Assembly: GCF_902652985.1 (NCBI RefSeq)
Contig: NC_047027.1
Location: forward strand, 6,758,001-6,822,000
Source: Pecten maximus
Taxonomy: Eukaryota
Direction of reading: 5' to 3'
Length of the DNA: 64,000 nt
Under the pieces are notes generated by a model. It made no database searches, had not been told where the DNA came from, and saw only the letters and a program-made list of their open reading frames with translations. The position numbers and the translations under genes were made by a program. Shown one piece after another: positions 62,601 through 64,000 of the stretch. The stretch's first letter is position 1; every line of letters starts with the position of its first letter.

Positions 62601-63662
62601 TTATGTATATAAATAGAAAAGACTGTTTGGCTGGCTGGAATACTTCAGCTACTGAGTGATAGGAGTAGTGTGATGGGTTTGATAATGGTAGTTGTATGCC
62701 TGTCAGAATGCAAGATCAACTAAAACATAAGGAGCTGACACAGAAGGCCACTCAGATTTTCTACATGGGAACGAAATGCCTGACCGTGTCAATTTTCTGA
62801 CAATATAATTATCTCAGAACACCAGTAACAGTAATTCAAGCATTATTGGTTGTGGTGATAATTCTACTCTGAATTTGGTACATGTTAACTCCATGGTGGC
62901 ATATAACTGTTGACAGTTGGAGACAGAGATCAATGCCAAGGGTAATGTGGAGATGTGGCTTGGAGAACTACTGTATCAACAACAGAGATCACTACACGGC
63001 GTCATCAGGGACGCATTCCGCAACATCAACACACCTGAGTTCGAGCTGCTGGGATTCCTTGCCAACTTTCCTGCTCAGGTTTGTTACAGATACACTAACG
63101 GAAAAGATATCTTAAGTGATCATATGTTCATATATGGTCTGATTAATTCATTGTTATCCTTAACTCATATTGTTTGGCACTAAGCTGATGCCTTTTAGTT
63201 AGTCTGCCTGTGTCAATTTCAGTTTAGTAAAATAGTAAAAATGCTTAGTTTTGTTGCCATGTGATACAGCCAGCCTTCTTTGTATAAAAATGATTATTGA
63301 CTCTTTGGCATATTGGTGGATAATATGGTAATGTCATGTATAGCAGGCTGGATAAGAGGCGGTCACAAATCGGCTATGAGTTTTGATGAGTAGTCTTTAT
63401 ACTGTTTTGAATCACCCTCTATCTTTGCTCGGTTTAGGTTGGTTTACTAGGCATCCAGATGATATGGACTAGAGATGCCGAGATTGCGCTGCAGCATGCT
63501 CGCAGTGACAAGAAAATTATGCAAACGACCAACCAACGCTTCCTGGATATGCTCAACAAGCTGATAGAACAGACAACTCATGACCTCACTAAGGTGGAAA
63601 GAGTCAAGTACGAGACACTTGTCACAATCCACGTTCACCAGCGTGACATATTTGATGACTTG
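32657..63662 (+). CDS. DNAH5: Axonemal outer-arm dynein heavy chain, DNAH5/DNAH8-like (gamma type); tail and linker, 3'-partial
   Basis: 38 phase-consistent exons (~1913 codons): 32657-32809, 33800-33934, 34733-34823, 35195-35346, 35813-36008, 37406-37575, 38770-38946, 39701-39814, 40240-40347, 40840-41088, 41355-41552, 41914-41990, 42111-42204, 43223-43342, 44011-44146, 44289-44479, 45108-45188, 45454-45570, 45818-45937, 46169-46313, 46721-46925, 47414-47525, 48671-48824, 49279-49484, 50368-50494, 55432-55667, 56146-56250, 56601-56714, 57042-57104, 58627-58865, 59443-59683, 60167-60366, 60747-60900, 61084-61247, 62055-62157, 62362-62466, 62917-63078, 63438-63662. Motifs [98 protein letters not shown]5 versus DNAH8 orthology cannot be settled by eye. 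Confidence 0.93.
33530..33687. mobile_element. MITE, Harbinger-like
   Basis: TIR ggctgttcc(t/a)ggaaaacatata; 3-bp TSD tga on both sides. Confidence 0.65.
36202..37176. repeat. 81-bp intronic tandem repeat, 12 near-identical copies
   Basis: Unit tgtaactatgaatgcagtactc...gtgttatattcta. Confidence 0.97.
37847..38309. mobile_element. Foldback non-autonomous DNA transposon with CAC...GTG termini and a 5-bp TSD (Transib-like)
   Basis: The whole 463 bp is an imperfect palindrome; TSD attct at 37842-37846 and 38310-38314. Confidence 0.75.
39091..39361 (+). mobile_element. Short 5'-truncated non-LTR retrotransposon 3' end
   Basis: Stem-loop tggactgt..ctggag..ctccag..acagtcca, AATAAA and poly-A; TSD aaatctagtct at 39080-39090 and 39362-39372. 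Confidence 0.65.
52198..54851 (+). mobile_element. Full-length piggyBac transposon (2654 bp)
   Basis: TTAA TSDs (52194-52197, 54852-54855); TIRs ccctttcgctgc / gcaatgaaaggg; single transposase ORF. Confidence 0.95.
52451..54157 (+). CDS. piggyBac transposase (568 aa, intact)
   Basis: Acidic N-terminus; DDD motifs [23 protein letters not shown]; [12 protein letters not shown]; C-terminal Cys-rich domain CRQC...CQFCVMPLC...CFTDYH. Confidence 0.95.
   Translation: MESSDESDFDGFDEQDIDEANARCMLKQQELEQVESYNESDIDISDNSDDEEEDTADFSDNENESENGGDPYLDNLNFEWTRTLTEVILPDFNEPTGVKHGLPSDANQLQYFQRFLPQSFFETVADETNRYAQQKGPDPRWTPTSAAEVRAFISINIMMGVRRLPRLANYWSTDKRFSDPYISSIFPKSRFLIMNRYIHLRDTSNVPGRNDPDYDPLFKVRNMIDLIVPKLQENYNPGQKLSIDEGMIGFKGRVHFRQYMPAKPTKWGIKVWQICEADTAYCCKFQIYTGKKLGGDRQYGLGYDVVWSLSESYHNQNRHLYFDRFFSSVTLAEHLELVNTYVCGTIMSNRKGVPDDVKKAKLKRRGELVQIQKGNLLATAFKDKRQITFLSTSEQPNMNEDLHKPHVNVSYNMYMGGVDKFDQMASYYPVGRPGNKWWRYVMWYVVNLAIVNAWILFQKTENKDPPPKKYYDHLQFRVDVADQLQAGFTCRKYRAGRRSRNDENIPVLGAINHHKLVKIEGRKRVCRQCSKQGRKTPKGRAVETSFMCQFCVMPLCKVGCFTDYHERN
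57488..58645 (+). repeat. 76-bp tandem repeat of an intron/exon junction (five extra copies of the 3' splice site)
   Basis: ttgtatttacag|agtcagtttgatgagctgta starts exon-like sequence at 57527, 58323, 58399, 58475, 58551 and at the real exon at 58627. Confidence 0.9.
57574..58291. mobile_element. Tc1/mariner (pogo-like) non-autonomous element, 718 bp
   Basis: 24-bp TIRs ccgtatttgacctaataagggcgc and a TA TSD; removing it restores one 76-bp unit exactly. Confidence 0.9.
59128..59262. mobile_element. Small MITE, Harbinger-like
   Basis: Imperfect TIR gaccaggttgttc / gaacaactgggcc, flanked by cag on both sides. Confidence 0.5.
61227..61866 (+). repeat. 32-bp tandem repeat of an exon end plus GC donor, ~20 copies
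   Basis: Unit ctgtcagaaatctctcactgg|gcaagtattga; the first copy is the real exon end at 61247. Confidence 0.93.
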
Positions 63663-64000
63663 GTGAGTGGAGTGATCTAAACTTAGGAAGTTGTAATTTT
63701 GTTTATTAGCTCACCGGGAACTCGTCACATGACTCCTTTCCTATTCAGGAGTTGAAGGACATGTGAATGAGCCCCAAAGCTTTTCTTTTAAATATCAACA
63801 GAATATTTATTTTTTGATTGATCTTTTGAAAAGTGACCATAAATAACATCATATCAGATCAAGGAAGTTACGTAATTAACACAAGATACTGTAACTTTCT
63901 ATATTGCTAATTGAATCTCTCTAAATAAGTATCACAAGGAAAAAAATATACAGAAAAACAAAATATTAAAAACAAATATGATTTCCATCTGATCTGTAGA

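Overview
AT-rich animal genomic DNA, probably from a bivalve or other mollusc (inferred from the repeat families). The first ~32 kb is a nest of mobile elements. It opens with the 3' end of an env-bearing LTR retroelement (baculovirus-F/errantivirus-type fusogen, PPT, 3' LTR) inserted into a 45-bp coding minisatellite in the third intracellular loop of a class A GPCR; only TM6, TM7 and helix 8 of the receptor lie in the window. A solo LTR and tRNA-derived SINEs follow. Next is a ~20-kb decayed IS3EU-like DNA transposon with long, internally repeated TIRs, carrying an intron-containing DDE transposase and a convergent HECT E3-ligase-like gene. Nested inside it are a young gag-only LTR element with non-canonical termini and a 5'-truncated L1/Tx1 element with an intact ORF2. 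From 32657 to the window end lie 38 coding exons (~1913 codons) of an axonemal outer-arm dynein heavy chain (DNAH5/DNAH8-like). A TRIM with tRNA-like LTRs lies just upstream of it. Its introns hold an intact piggyBac, a Transib-like foldback element, MITEs, and tandem arrays, two of which multiply real splice sites. All calls were made by eye; no searches were run.
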